A stretch of DNA of 64,000 nt from Poseidonia sp. (GTDB lineage: Archaea; Thermoplasmatota; Poseidoniia; Poseidoniales; Poseidoniaceae). The stretch spans positions 96,001 through 160,000 of the forward strand of contig CBFIDD010000001.1 of NCBI GenBank assembly GCA_965661285.1, written 5' to 3'. Below are positions 1 to 9,047 of the stretch, one piece after another. Each line of letters opens with the position of its first letter. Position 1 is the stretch's first letter. A model generated the notes under the pieces. It did no database searches. It had not been told where the DNA came from and saw only the letters and a program-made list of their open reading frames with translations. Made by a program: the position numbers and the translations under genes.

Positions 1-343
1 AGGACAACGAGGTTGTTGTGCATGCCAATTCAACGCTTGCAACGTGGACCGTGTCACCGGCTGAGAAATTCATGGGAAACCGAAGGAGCAGGCGAGACTC
101 CTGGCCGAGACCCGCCGAAAGGGTTCCCGTGGCCGAGGTGTTGTAAGTGGAGGTGGGCGAACTGGCCGTGATGTAGGTGTCTGCATGAATGGCGTGGGTT
201 GAAATGGCTCGATGGACGGTGTTTTCCTCCTCCAATTGCGACCAGCCCTCCATGGTTTGAGGGAGCGAAAGGTCGGCGAAGATAAACATGAACACGAGCA
301 AAAGCGCCGTGGCTCGGGGACGGACAATTCGTACGCTACGCAT
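1..343 (-). CDS. Secreted protein with DNRLRE-like N-terminal domain (3' end runs off the window)
   Basis: Not in the ORF track. My translation from the ATG at 343 is MRSVRIVRPRATALLLVFMFIFADLSLPQ...HADTYITASSPTSTYNTSATGTLSAGLGQESRLLLRFPMN, open to the window edge. It has a basic-then-hydrophobic signal peptide and a DTYI...RxLLRF motif of the DNRLRE type. Confidence 0.7.
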   Translation of the reverse strand, partial: MRSVRIVRPRATALLLVFMFIFADLSLPQTMEGWSQLEEENTVHRAISTHAIHADTYITASSPTSTYNTSATGTLSAGLGQESRLLLRFPMNFSAGDTVHVASVELACTTTSLS

Positions 344-492
344 GGGACTCGTTCCTTACACCACTCCCCATTATAGGGACTTTTCCCTCTCGGGGATTGA
401 GGCTTTGGCGAGCGAGGAAGAAGCGTTGAGGGGATGAGACGTCGTATCACCATGCGAATGTTGAAGGAGGCTCGTCAACGAGAAGGGAGGGT

Positions 493-1449
493 ATGAGCGA
501 ACTTTGGGTCGAAAAGCACCGCCCCCAATCGGTGTCCCAAATCAAAGGTCAAGCGGCCGTCGTTCAGCGATTGGGAACCTATGCGGGAAACAAGAATTTC
601 CCGCACCTCTTGTTCGCTGGACCTCCCGGCACGGGCAAAACAACAGCGGCCATGGCCTTGACAAAGGACATCTTTGGTGAGGCGTTCCGACAAAACCTGC
701 TTGAAATGAACGCTTCTGACGAGCGCAAGCTTGAGAGCATTCGCACCAAGGTCAAACAATTCGCCCGTACGCAGCCTTACGGCGGCGCGGCCTTCAAAAT
801 CATCTTCTTGGACGAGGCCGATGCGTTGACCAACGATGCGCAGGGAGCACTCCGTCGCATCATGGAGCAGTATGCGGAAACATGTCGCTTTATCCTCTCA
901 TGCAACTACTCCTCGAAGATCATCGAACCCATTCAGTCCCGCTGTGCGGTGTTCCGTTTCCGACCGCTGTCCGATGCGGACGTCGCCTCTCAAGTCGTCC
1001 ACGTCGCCGAACTCGAAGCGTTGACGCTCGAAGAGGGGGCCGTTGAAGCGTTGACGCGTATTTCTCAAGGTGATTTGCGAAAAGCCCTCACCGCCCTTCA
1101 AGTCGCTGCCGCCCTCAACACCACGGTTGGACGGGAACTGGTCTACGAAACCTCTGCTACAGCACCGCCGGAGGCGCTTCACAACTACCTCATGGCGTGT
1201 CGTGACGATGGATTCCACGTTGCCCGACGGCGCCTACGAGAACTGTTGGACAAGTTTGGTTTGGCCGGTACCGATTTTGTCAACCAGCTTCACCGAGAAT
1301 TGTACAGCGCGGACTTCCTCGGCGAGCGGTCAAAACTCGCCCTGACCGAATGGATGGCCGAAATTGATTATCGTCTTGTTGAAGGGGGCGGGGAACAGAT
1401 TCAACTCGATGCGTTGACGGCTCAAATCGTTCAACACCTCCATGCCTGA
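493..1449 (+). CDS. rfcS: Replication factor C small subunit
   Basis: WVEKHRP, Walker A GPPGTGKT, LEMNASDER, DEAD, SRC motifs; GGGAGG RBS upstream; no intein. Confidence 0.97.
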   Translation: MSELWVEKHRPQSVSQIKGQAAVVQRLGTYAGNKNFPHLLFAGPPGTGKTTAAMALTKDIFGEAFRQNLLEMNASDERKLESIRTKVKQFARTQPYGGAAFKIIFLDEADALTNDAQGALRRIMEQYAETCRFILSCNYSSKIIEPIQSRCAVFRFRPLSDADVASQVVHVAELEALTLEEGAVEALTRISQGDLRKALTALQVAAALNTTVGRELVYETSATAPPEALHNYLMACRDDGFHVARRRLRELLDKFGLAGTDFVNQLHRELYSADFLGERSKLALTEWMAEIDYRLVEGGGEQIQLDALTAQIVQHLHA

Positions 1450-1680
1450 TTCACTTTCAGTTTTCACGGGGGGGGTCAACGCAACAGAACAGTAGGGGAG
1501 CCGTGAGGGCGTTGCATGCCTCACGTCATATCTCAGGTCGAAGAAGCGCTTTGTTGGACCGTTTTCGCACCCCTTGTCCGTGCAAGGCGGCGACGACTCG
1601 AACGTCGTGTCTCACGAGAACTTCACGACAGGGCCAAGATTGACCGTGTCCTCAACGACATCGTTGAACAGCACGCCGAC

Positions 1681-2610
1681 CTACTCTGCTGACGTGGCTG
1701 GCGGATTGACCGAAAACGTCCACGTGTACGTGCGCTTGTTTTCCCAGGGGTCGCCCTGCTCGACGATCTCAACAAGAATGGTGTGGTCGCCCACAGGCAA
1801 ATCCTCTCCCAAGAAAATCGCAAACGGCATGTCAAGGTCTGTATGGGGCAGCAAGATGGGTGCGGACTTGTTTTCGGCGGTTCGCCAAGTTCCAATTTCC
1901 GTGCCGTGCTCTTCCCAAAACGAAGCGTTTGAATCAATCACCACCTCTGTGTTTTGGTATTGATGAACGACGGTGACGTTGGCACCCGTATCGTCAACAT
2001 TGTCAGCCAAACCAAACAGTACCCACGCACCTCCCTGGATGTACTCGCCTTCCTCCAACGTCCAGGTGTTTTCTCCTGCGTTGACCTTGTCGGCGAAGAT
2101 GTATGTTCCGTCGTGCTCAATCACCACGCCCCATTCATCCGCAAGTTGAGGTGCCACGATATCTCCGAACGGGGGATTGACCACCAAAAACGAAAGCGAG
2201 AGGAACGTAAAGGTGTAGAGGAAGAAAGCCTTGAACCACGTACCTTTGGTGTAATGTTCCTTGAAGCGTTCTGGCATGACCATACGGTGAATCTGTGGGA
2301 TGAGAATCAACATGGTGAGGGGCAAAATGTAGAGGACGTCCGTCTTGTCAAGGGTGGTCGATGGCATCAATACAAAACGCATCATCATCGTGACGATGAA
2401 CGCATATGCGATGACGAGCCACATCGAAGCGGTCTCAGCTCGCTCCTTGTTGACATATTTCACGGGATCAAACGGTTCGATGCCAAGGTCGGCTCCCGAG
2501 CGGCGTTTCTTCTTCTCAGCGTTCTTGGCCCCATCACGCTTCATGCGCTCGGCTTGAGCCGCCGCCATGGCCGTTTTGAGGTCCACCATGAACCGTTGGG
2601 AGGCGAGCAA
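1681..2610 (-). CDS. Hypothetical membrane protein (basic N-terminus, about 3 TM, C-terminal Ig-like extracellular domain)
   Basis: 309-aa ORF with three hydrophobic segments and a beta-rich C-terminus; real start may be a downstream ATG (2589). Confidence 0.7.
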   Translation of the reverse strand: MLASQRFMVDLKTAMAAAQAERMKRDGAKNAEKKKRRSGADLGIEPFDPVKYVNKERAETASMWLVIAYAFIVTMMMRFVLMPSTTLDKTDVLYILPLTMLILIPQIHRMVMPERFKEHYTKGTWFKAFFLYTFTFLSLSFLVVNPPFGDIVAPQLADEWGVVIEHDGTYIFADKVNAGENTWTLEEGEYIQGGAWVLFGLADNVDDTGANVTVVHQYQNTEVVIDSNASFWEEHGTEIGTWRTAENKSAPILLPHTDLDMPFAIFLGEDLPVGDHTILVEIVEQGDPWENKRTYTWTFSVNPPATSAE

Positions 2611-2711
2611 GTGTTAGAACACTGCGGTTGATTTTAGTTCAACAGGGATGGGTTTCCTCCGGATTGTTCTTCCGATTTGTTCAAAGAGGGAAGGGCTCAC
2701 CCACGGGACAG

Positions 2712-2841
2712 GCCGGGGTGGCGTAGTTGGTAGCGCGTCGGACTCATAGGGCAGCCTCCAAGGCGATCGTATGACGTGCAAGCCCCTTGTGGTGTCTGAG
2801 ACATCCGAAGGTCGCGGGTTCGAGCCCCGCTCCCGGCACCA
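2712..2841 (+). tRNA. tRNA-Met(CAT), elongator type, with 54-nt intron (2749-2802) at 37/38; encoded CCA
   Basis: Acceptor GCCGGGG/TCCCGGC-A-CCA; anticodon stem TCGGA/TCCGA; loop CTCATA|A; T-arm GCGGG TTCGAGC CCCGC; BHB with central helix CTCA/TGAG and bulges TAG and ACA. Confidence 0.93.
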
Positions 2842-2901
2842 TACGGTTCACTCCCATGCTCAACCCACATATACTTGGTTTCGTTGGACGGGACGAACGA
2901 C

Positions 2902-3600
2902 ATGACTGAACCGCTCCTCGCCATGAACGATGTCCAGCGCTACTACGAAACGCCTGCAGGAACGGTCAAGGCGCTTGACGGTGTAAGTTTCGAAATTCAC
3001 GAAGGCGAGCGTGTGATTTTGCTCGGGCCATCCGGCTCCGGAAAAACCACCCTCCTCAATTGCCTCTCGGCGTTGGACAGTCCTACGGGAGGGTCCTACA
3101 TTTTCCTCGGCGAGGAGGTTCCCCGTCATCACTCGGAAAAAATGACCTCGTTTCGAAGAGACAACATCGGTTATGTGTTCCAATTCTTCAATCTCCTCCA
3201 GGACCTCACCGTTTTGGAAAACATCCTTCTCATCCAAGAACTCGCCGGAAAGAAAGACCCGGCTCGGGCCAAAGAATTGCTTGAACTCGTCGGGCTTCAG
3301 GCAGAGATCAACCGGTTCCCCGGAGAGATCAGCGGCGGTCAGCAACAACGTGTCGCCATCGCTCGAAGCATCGCCAAGCGACCCACGTTGCTTCTGGGGG
3401 ATGAATTGACGGGCAACCTCGACACGGAGACCTCAAACAAGGTCATGGAGGCTTTGGTCAGTGCATGCAAGCAAGAAAACATCACGTCGGTCTTTGTCAC
3501 CCACGACGAGGGACTGGTTCGTTATGCCACCCGAGTGATTCGCATCGACAGTGGGAAAATTGTGTCGGACGAGCGCCTCACCAACGATGAAGAAGCTTGA
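2902..3600 (+). CDS. ABC transporter ATP-binding protein (LolD/MacB-like)
   Basis: [29 protein letters not shown]; start ATG 2902 preferred over TTG 2875. Confidence 0.93.
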   Translation: MTEPLLAMNDVQRYYETPAGTVKALDGVSFEIHEGERVILLGPSGSGKTTLLNCLSALDSPTGGSYIFLGEEVPRHHSEKMTSFRRDNIGYVFQFFNLLQDLTVLENILLIQELAGKKDPARAKELLELVGLQAEINRFPGEISGGQQQRVAIARSIAKRPTLLLGDELTGNLDTETSNKVMEALVSACKQENITSVFVTHDEGLVRYATRVIRIDSGKIVSDERLTNDEEA

Positions 3601-3609
3601 GGTGGAATC

Positions 3610-6051
3610 ATGTCAAACCTCCTCAACAAACGCTTGGCGAGAAGCCTGTGGCGCACAAAATTGCGCCTTGTGGCCGTTGTCCTGATGGTCTCCGTTGGCG
3701 TGTTTGCCGGCATCACCTTCGGCGGCTATTCGCACAACGTCGAAGGCATGTACGAGACCCTCCAGGCCGACGATGAGGGCGGAGCCAACCTGGCTGACCT
3801 TTGGATTGACAACCGAAGCACCTCGTGGTCAGCAGAAGAGGTGAACACCTTCTGCAGTGCCCTTGAAACGTCATGGCCAGCCGCGATGCCCTCACTCGAT
3901 TCATGCGAATCTCGCAGCATCGTCCAAGGCACCATGTTCCACACCAACGAGACGGGAACCCACATCATCAACTCACTCTGGCACGGCATCCCTGCCGACG
4001 CCAATGCCGACAAAGTGTGGATGCCAAACGGCCATTCCGAGGGTCGGGTGGCTTCGAGTGCGAATGAAATTGTCATCGACGCGCACGTCGTTGAGGCACT
4101 GGATTTGTCACTCGACGATACGGTGACCATCAGCGCTGGTAGCGCATCGCTTGACTTCACCATCGTGGGCATCGGTTATCATCCCCTCCACGTCTTCATG
4201 GCCCCCGAAGGCTCGCTCTTTCCTCCCGAAGCAGGTCAGTATGTTGTTGGCTACGTCTCCGACAGCGGCATGGCGAGGCTGACCAACACCTCCCTTGGTG
4301 CCAGCAACACCTTGCTCTTGGATGTCGAAGGCACGCCTTCGTTTGACCTCCCGGACACAGAAGCCTACGAGGGAGATGAAATCGACGACGTCAAATCACT
4401 CGTGACCGACGCTTTGGCGTCGGCTGCCTTGGACGGCCGCATCCGGGACCGAGGGCAAAACGAGCCGGTTGAAATCATGCGTCAAGATCTTGAGAGCGCC
4501 AAGCGCACCAGTGTACCCTTCACGGTGATGATCGCAGCCATCGCAGCCATCACCATCGTGCTCAGCCTTCAGCGCTTGGTACAAAGTCAGGCAAAGGAAA
4601 TCGCTGTTCTTCGAACCCTTGGCGTCAATCGCACCTCCATGATGACCGGCTACCTCATCGCACCGGTCGTCATCGGTGCTGTTGGGTGTGTGCTCGGTGC
4701 CTTGGTGGGGCCGTGGGGCGTCAACGGCATGCTCGATTTCTATGAGGGCATCGTTGGCCTCCCCATCACCGACCGTGAAGTCCCGCTTTCGTTGTACATG
4801 GCCACCACCCTTCCAACGATGTTGGTGGTGTTCCTCTCCGGGGCCTTCCCCGCGTGGAAATCCAGTCGGCTTGACCCACTCGAGGTGTTGAGCGGCCAAA
4901 ACCAGATGAGGGTCGGGTCAAACCTGCTTCGCCGCATGACAGCATGGATGCCGACGACGTTGGGCTTGTCCATCCGCTCCAGCGTCCGCAAACCCATCCG
5001 CCTCTTCATGACCTTCCTTGCCGTTGGCATCTCGCTGATGCTCTTCGGGTCAGTGCAGATGATGTCGGCCGGTTTGGAAGACACCATCGTCGGAGGACTT
5101 GAAGAACAGCAATCTTGGGATGCGCAGGTCTACATTTCCGACGGCGGGGAAGCGGACATTATCGCTTGGGCGGACGAACGCGGGGTTACTTACGAATCGT
5201 TGATCGAGACACCCCTTGGCTCTGTTGAGGACGCCGATGGATTGGAACGTGTCTTCACGCTCGTCGGGTTTGACACCTTTGAGGAAGGCATGCGTAGCGT
5301 CAACATCATTGAGGGAGAACAGCCGCAGGTATCCAGTACCGTCAGTCAGGTGATGGTGGATGAAGGCGCCATGAACTTCCTCGGATGGAACGTCGGTGAG
5401 GAGCACACCGTTCTGGTCAACGGGGCAGAACATGAGGTCAGCGTTGTCGGTGTGTCGCGAGGCGAATTGGCCCGCACCATGTACTTCCTGCGAGCGGACT
5501 TGAGTGAATCGTTGGGCGTCAATGCCACCTCGATGTACCTCGCATTCCCGGACGGTGTGGAGGTCGATGCCTCCCTCGCTGAGATGTCCATGGGCGTGGT
5601 TGAACGTCAAACGCTCATTGACGGCATGAACAGCCTCATCGACCAGCAGACCCAAATTTTCCAAGCGATGATGTATCTCGGCCTGTTGTTCACCATCGCT
5701 GTCATGTTTAACACGATGATCATGAACATCGCCGAGCGAGACTTTGAACTCGCCACCCTTCGTGTTCTCGGAGCATCAACGCGGAGTCTTGGATTCATGT
5801 TGCTCTTTGAAAGCCTGCTCATCGGCTTCATCGGCGGACTGGTCGGTGTTGCCTTCGCCTACGGCGGAGCGGTGGGGTTGGCGGCCTCGTTTTCTTCTTG
5901 GCAGTTCTATGTCGCCATCGTCATCGTACCAAGCGTGGCCTACCAACTGATGGCGGCTGTGATGATCGTCGCCGTAGCCATGACTCCCATCGGCATTTGG
6001 CGCCTGCGCCGGATGGACTTGGTTGAGAAAGTCAAGGACCTTTCTCAGTGA
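3610..6051 (+). CDS. ABC transporter permease, FtsX/MacB family (two FtsX repeats)
   Basis: Two EIAVLRTLG/ELATLRVLG motifs, each preceded by a large extracellular domain; operon with the ATPase; GGTGG RBS. Confidence 0.9.
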   Translation: MSNLLNKRLARSLWRTKLRLVAVVLMVSVGVFAGITFGGYSHNVEGMYETLQADDEGGANLADLWIDNRSTSWSAEEVNTFCSALETSWPAAMPSLDSCESRSIVQGTMFHTNETGTHIINSLWHGIPADANADKVWMPNGHSEGRVASSANEIVIDAHVVEALDLSLDDTVTISAGSASLDFTIVGIGYHPLHVFMAPEGSLFPPEAGQYVVGYVSDSGMARLTNTSLGASNTLLLDVEGTPSFDLPDTEAYEGDEIDDVKSLVTDALASAALDGRIRDRGQNEPVEIMRQDLESAKRTSVPFTVMIAAIAAITIVLSLQRLVQSQAKEIAVLRTLGVNRTSMMTGYLIAPVVIGAVGCVLGALVGPWGVNGMLDFYEGIVGLPITDREVPLSLYMATTLPTMLVVFLSGAFPAWKSSRLDPLEVLSGQNQMRVGSNLLRRMTAWMPTTLGLSIRSSVRKPIRLFMTFLAVGISLMLFGSVQMMSAGLEDTIVGGLEEQQSWDAQVYISDGGEADIIAWADERGVTYESLIETPLGSVEDADGLERVFTLVGFDTFEEGMRSVNIIEGEQPQVSSTVSQVMVDEGAMNFLGWNVGEEHTVLVNGAEHEVSVVGVSRGELARTMYFLRADLSESLGVNATSMYLAFPDGVEVDASLAEMSMGVVERQTLIDGMNSLIDQQTQIFQAMMYLGLLFTIAVMFNTMIMNIAERDFELATLRVLGASTRSLGFMLLFESLLIGFIGGLVGVAFAYGGAVGLAASFSSWQFYVAIVIVPSVAYQLMAAVMIVAVAMTPIGIWRLRRMDLVEKVKDLSQ

Positions 6052-6090
6052 AGCGATTGATTCATGAGGCGACTGCTACACCTTGCTTCT

Positions 6091-7446
6091 ATGGTGGAAC
6101 TGCCGGCCCCCGGATGTCGTATCAAAACGCGAATCACCACCCTCAACGAAACGGTGGAACACGTTGGTCTTGTTCTTCCACCTGCGGAACCAAACCACCT
6201 CTCCATCAAACTCGACAACGGCTACAACGTCTCCTACCCGGTTGACACTGTGGAGGCGTGGGAGGAACTCGAACCCCGTGAGAGACCCGCACCTGGTGAA
6301 TTGCACCAACCGGAGGAGCGTGAAGAGCTCCCAAGAGTACGGCTGATTCACACCGGCGGCACCATCGCCTCAAAGGTGGACTATGCCACGGGGGCTGTCG
6401 AGGCGAAATTCGAACCCGAAGAATTGCTTGATGCCATCCCAGAACTCGCTCAAATCGCTCGTTTGGACGTCGTCAAAATTGGCAACATGTTCAGCGACGA
6501 CATTCGGCCGCAACACTGGAACATTATGGCAGAGGCCTGTGCCGACGCCTTTTCAGAGGGCTGTCGAGGCGTGGTCATCGCCCACGGAACGGACACGCTT
6601 CACATCTCATCTGCCGCACTCAACTTTGCTTTTGCAGGCCAAGGAACGCGCCCCGCCGGGCCCATCGTGATGGTTGGCTCGCAGCGTTCAAGCGACCGTG
6701 GGTCATCTGATGCCACCGAGAACTTGCTGGCGGCGGTCCACTGGGCCGCGACCGGACCGCTGCCCACCGGTCATGCCGGCGATGCCGTAGCGGTGGTCAT
6801 GCACGACACCCAAAGTGACGGCGTGATGGCGGTCCATTCCGGCCTCGGTGTTCGCAAAATGCATTCCTCTCGGCGAGATGCCTTCCAGGCGGTGAACTGT
6901 CAGCCACTCGCCAAGGTAGCGCTTCACCCCGAGGGCTTTGACACGACCTGCTTGCCGTGGTACGAGGAAGCGCAACGAGAGTCTGAACAACGACCCGTCG
7001 CCGACCGACCAACGAGCTACGAGCCCGGGCAACGCTTCGCCCAATTCATTGCGGGTCCGTGGCTGCATGCAGAGCACGTTGAGGCCGTGGTGAACACCGG
7101 TGTCCAAGGCGTGGTTCTTCACGGGACCGGGCTTGGGCATCTTCCCATTGACGACACTCAAAAAGACGCCCCCGAAAACGCCCTTTTGTGGCGTACTCTG
7201 ACGCGATGTGTCAACCGTGAATTACCGGTCCTCGTCGTCAATCAATGCATTCACGGACCGGTGGACATGAACGTGTATTCCAAAGGCCGAAAGCAGCAAG
7301 CCATGGGGCTCTTGGGCCACGGCGTGAACTCAACGCCCGAAGCGATGACGGCCAAACTCCACTGGGTCTTATCACAAAACACGGACATCAAGAAGGCGCT
7401 GGCCTCGAATTTGTGCGGTGAACATCGAACGTCCTTGTGGGAATGA
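6091..7446 (+). CDS. gatD: Glu-tRNA(Gln) amidotransferase subunit D
   Basis: IKLDNGYNV N-domain plus asparaginase motifs TGGTIAS, HGTDT, SQRSSDR, KMHSSRRDAF; start 6064 or 6091. Confidence 0.95.
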   Translation: MVELPAPGCRIKTRITTLNETVEHVGLVLPPAEPNHLSIKLDNGYNVSYPVDTVEAWEELEPRERPAPGELHQPEEREELPRVRLIHTGGTIASKVDYATGAVEAKFEPEELLDAIPELAQIARLDVVKIGNMFSDDIRPQHWNIMAEACADAFSEGCRGVVIAHGTDTLHISSAALNFAFAGQGTRPAGPIVMVGSQRSSDRGSSDATENLLAAVHWAATGPLPTGHAGDAVAVVMHDTQSDGVMAVHSGLGVRKMHSSRRDAFQAVNCQPLAKVALHPEGFDTTCLPWYEEAQRESEQRPVADRPTSYEPGQRFAQFIAGPWLHAEHVEAVVNTGVQGVVLHGTGLGHLPIDDTQKDAPENALLWRTLTRCVNRELPVLVVNQCIHGPVDMNVYSKGRKQQAMGLLGHGVNSTPEAMTAKLHWVLSQNTDIKKALASNLCGEHRTSLWE

Positions 7447-7484
7447 GCGCTTGAATCAAAAACCGAGTCGGATGTGAGGAGTTC

Positions 7485-9047
7485 GTGGACAACCAAGTCA
7501 ACGAGGCGCTCGAAGACCTCCGAGCCAAGCGAGAAACCGCTCGGCTTGGCGGCGGTCTCAAGCGCCAGGAAGCCATTCGCTCCAGCGGTCGTGGGACTGC
7601 AAGGGACCGGATTGGACTGCTGCTCGACGAAGGGTCGTTTCTGGAGGTTGACACCTTCGTCACGCACAGAACCGATGACCACAACATGTTCCTCCACCAA
7701 ACCCTCGGCGACGGTGTTGTCACTGGACAGGGCACCGTCGAGGGACGCAGAGTGTACTGCTTTGCCCAAGATTTCAGCGTTCACGGCGGAAGCATGGGCG
7801 AAATGCACGCTCTAAAAATTGCAAAAATCGTCGAAATGGCCGAGCGCGCAAAAGCGCCCCTTATCGCCATGTGGGACGGTGGGGGACAGCGCGCCCATGA
7901 CGGTGTGAATGCGTTGGCAGGAACGGGAGAAATGCTCGACCGCCTTGTCCAGTGCAGCGGACGCATCCCGATGATCAGCGTGGTCCTCGGCCCCGTGGTC
8001 GGTGTCTCGGCCCTGGCCGCGTCGCTCTCAGATTTCACCATCCTCGGTGAAGAGCACGGCCAGTTATTCCTCTCTTCACCCCTTGAAACACCAGAAGTCA
8101 TCAGCGGCGAAGTCGACGCAGCCGGCCTGGGTGGTGCGAACCTCCACGCCTCGCGTTCCGGTATTGCCTCACTCATCGCAGCCGACGAAGAGGACGCCTG
8201 CGAGTTGGCTGCCACCGTCCTCTCCTACCTGCCCGACCACAACATGGCCGACCCCCCGGTGTTCCCCACCGCCGACCCTACGAATCGCCTGAACGAAACC
8301 CTTCAGGACATCGTCCCGGACAACCCCAACAAACCATACGACATGGTGAGCGTCGTTGAGGAGGTCGTTGATGACGGGGTGTTCATGGAGTTGTTCCCCT
8401 CCTATGCCGACAACATCATCATCGGCTTTGCAAGAATGAACGGCTCAACCGTGGGCATCGTCGGCAATCAACCAAAAGTACTCGCTGGCTGTCTCGATAT
8501 CGATGCCTCCATCAAAGCCGCACGCTTTATTCGAACCTGTGATGCGTTCAACATCCCCCTTCTCACCTTTGAGGACGTTCCCGGCTTCCTTCCGGGTGTT
8601 GTTCAAGAATGGGGCGGCATCATTCGACACGGCGCCAAATTGCTGTTTGCCTACGCCGAAGCCACGGTGCCAAAACTCACGTTGGTCACCCGCAAAGCCT
8701 ACGGTGGCGCCTACCTCGCCATGTCGTGCAAACACCTGCAAAGCGACTACAATGTGGCATGGCCCACGGCTGAACTCGCCGTCATGGGGGCCGAAGGTGC
8801 GGTGAACATCATTCATCGAAGGGAAATTGGCGCCGTACCGGATGAGGAAAAGGAAGGCGTGCGCCAGCGGCTGGTCAACGAATACAAAGCCAAATTCGGC
8901 GACCCGTATGTGGCGGCTCGCAACGGTTGGCTGGACGATGTCATCGAACCGCAAGAAAGCCGACTTCGACTCTGCAGGGCGCTGAACATTCTCAAGTCAA
9001 AACGCGAGTGGTCCCCGCCGAAAAAACACGGCAACATTCCGCTGTGA
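7485..9047 (+). CDS. Acyl-CoA carboxylase carboxyltransferase subunit (PccB/MmdA-like), divergent N-domain
   Basis: GDGVVTG, QDFSVHGGSMG, DVPGFLPG, RKAYGGAY, C-terminal KKHGNIPL. Confidence 0.92.
   Translation: MDNQVNEALEDLRAKRETARLGGGLKRQEAIRSSGRGTARDRIGLLLDEGSFLEVDTFVTHRTDDHNMFLHQTLGDGVVTGQGTVEGRRVYCFAQDFSVHGGSMGEMHALKIAKIVEMAERAKAPLIAMWDGGGQRAHDGVNALAGTGEMLDRLVQCSGRIPMISVVLGPVVGVSALAASLSDFTILGEEHGQLFLSSPLETPEVISGEVDAAGLGGANLHASRSGIASLIAADEEDACELAATVLSYLPDHNMADPPVFPTADPTNRLNETLQDIVPDNPNKPYDMVSVVEEVVDDGVFMELFPSYADNIIIGFARMNGSTVGIVGNQPKVLAGCLDIDASIKAARFIRTCDAFNIPLLTFEDVPGFLPGVVQEWGGIIRHGAKLLFAYAEATVPKLTLVTRKAYGGAYLAMSCKHLQSDYNVAWPTAELAVMGAEGAVNIIHRREIGAVPDEEKEGVRQRLVNEYKAKFGDPYVAARNGWLDDVIEPQESRLRLCRALNILKSKREWSPPKKHGNIPL

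Noticed and set aside
70-453. 127-aa ORF in the track
   Set aside because: Pro/Arg-rich and overlaps the better signal-peptide frame that starts at 343.
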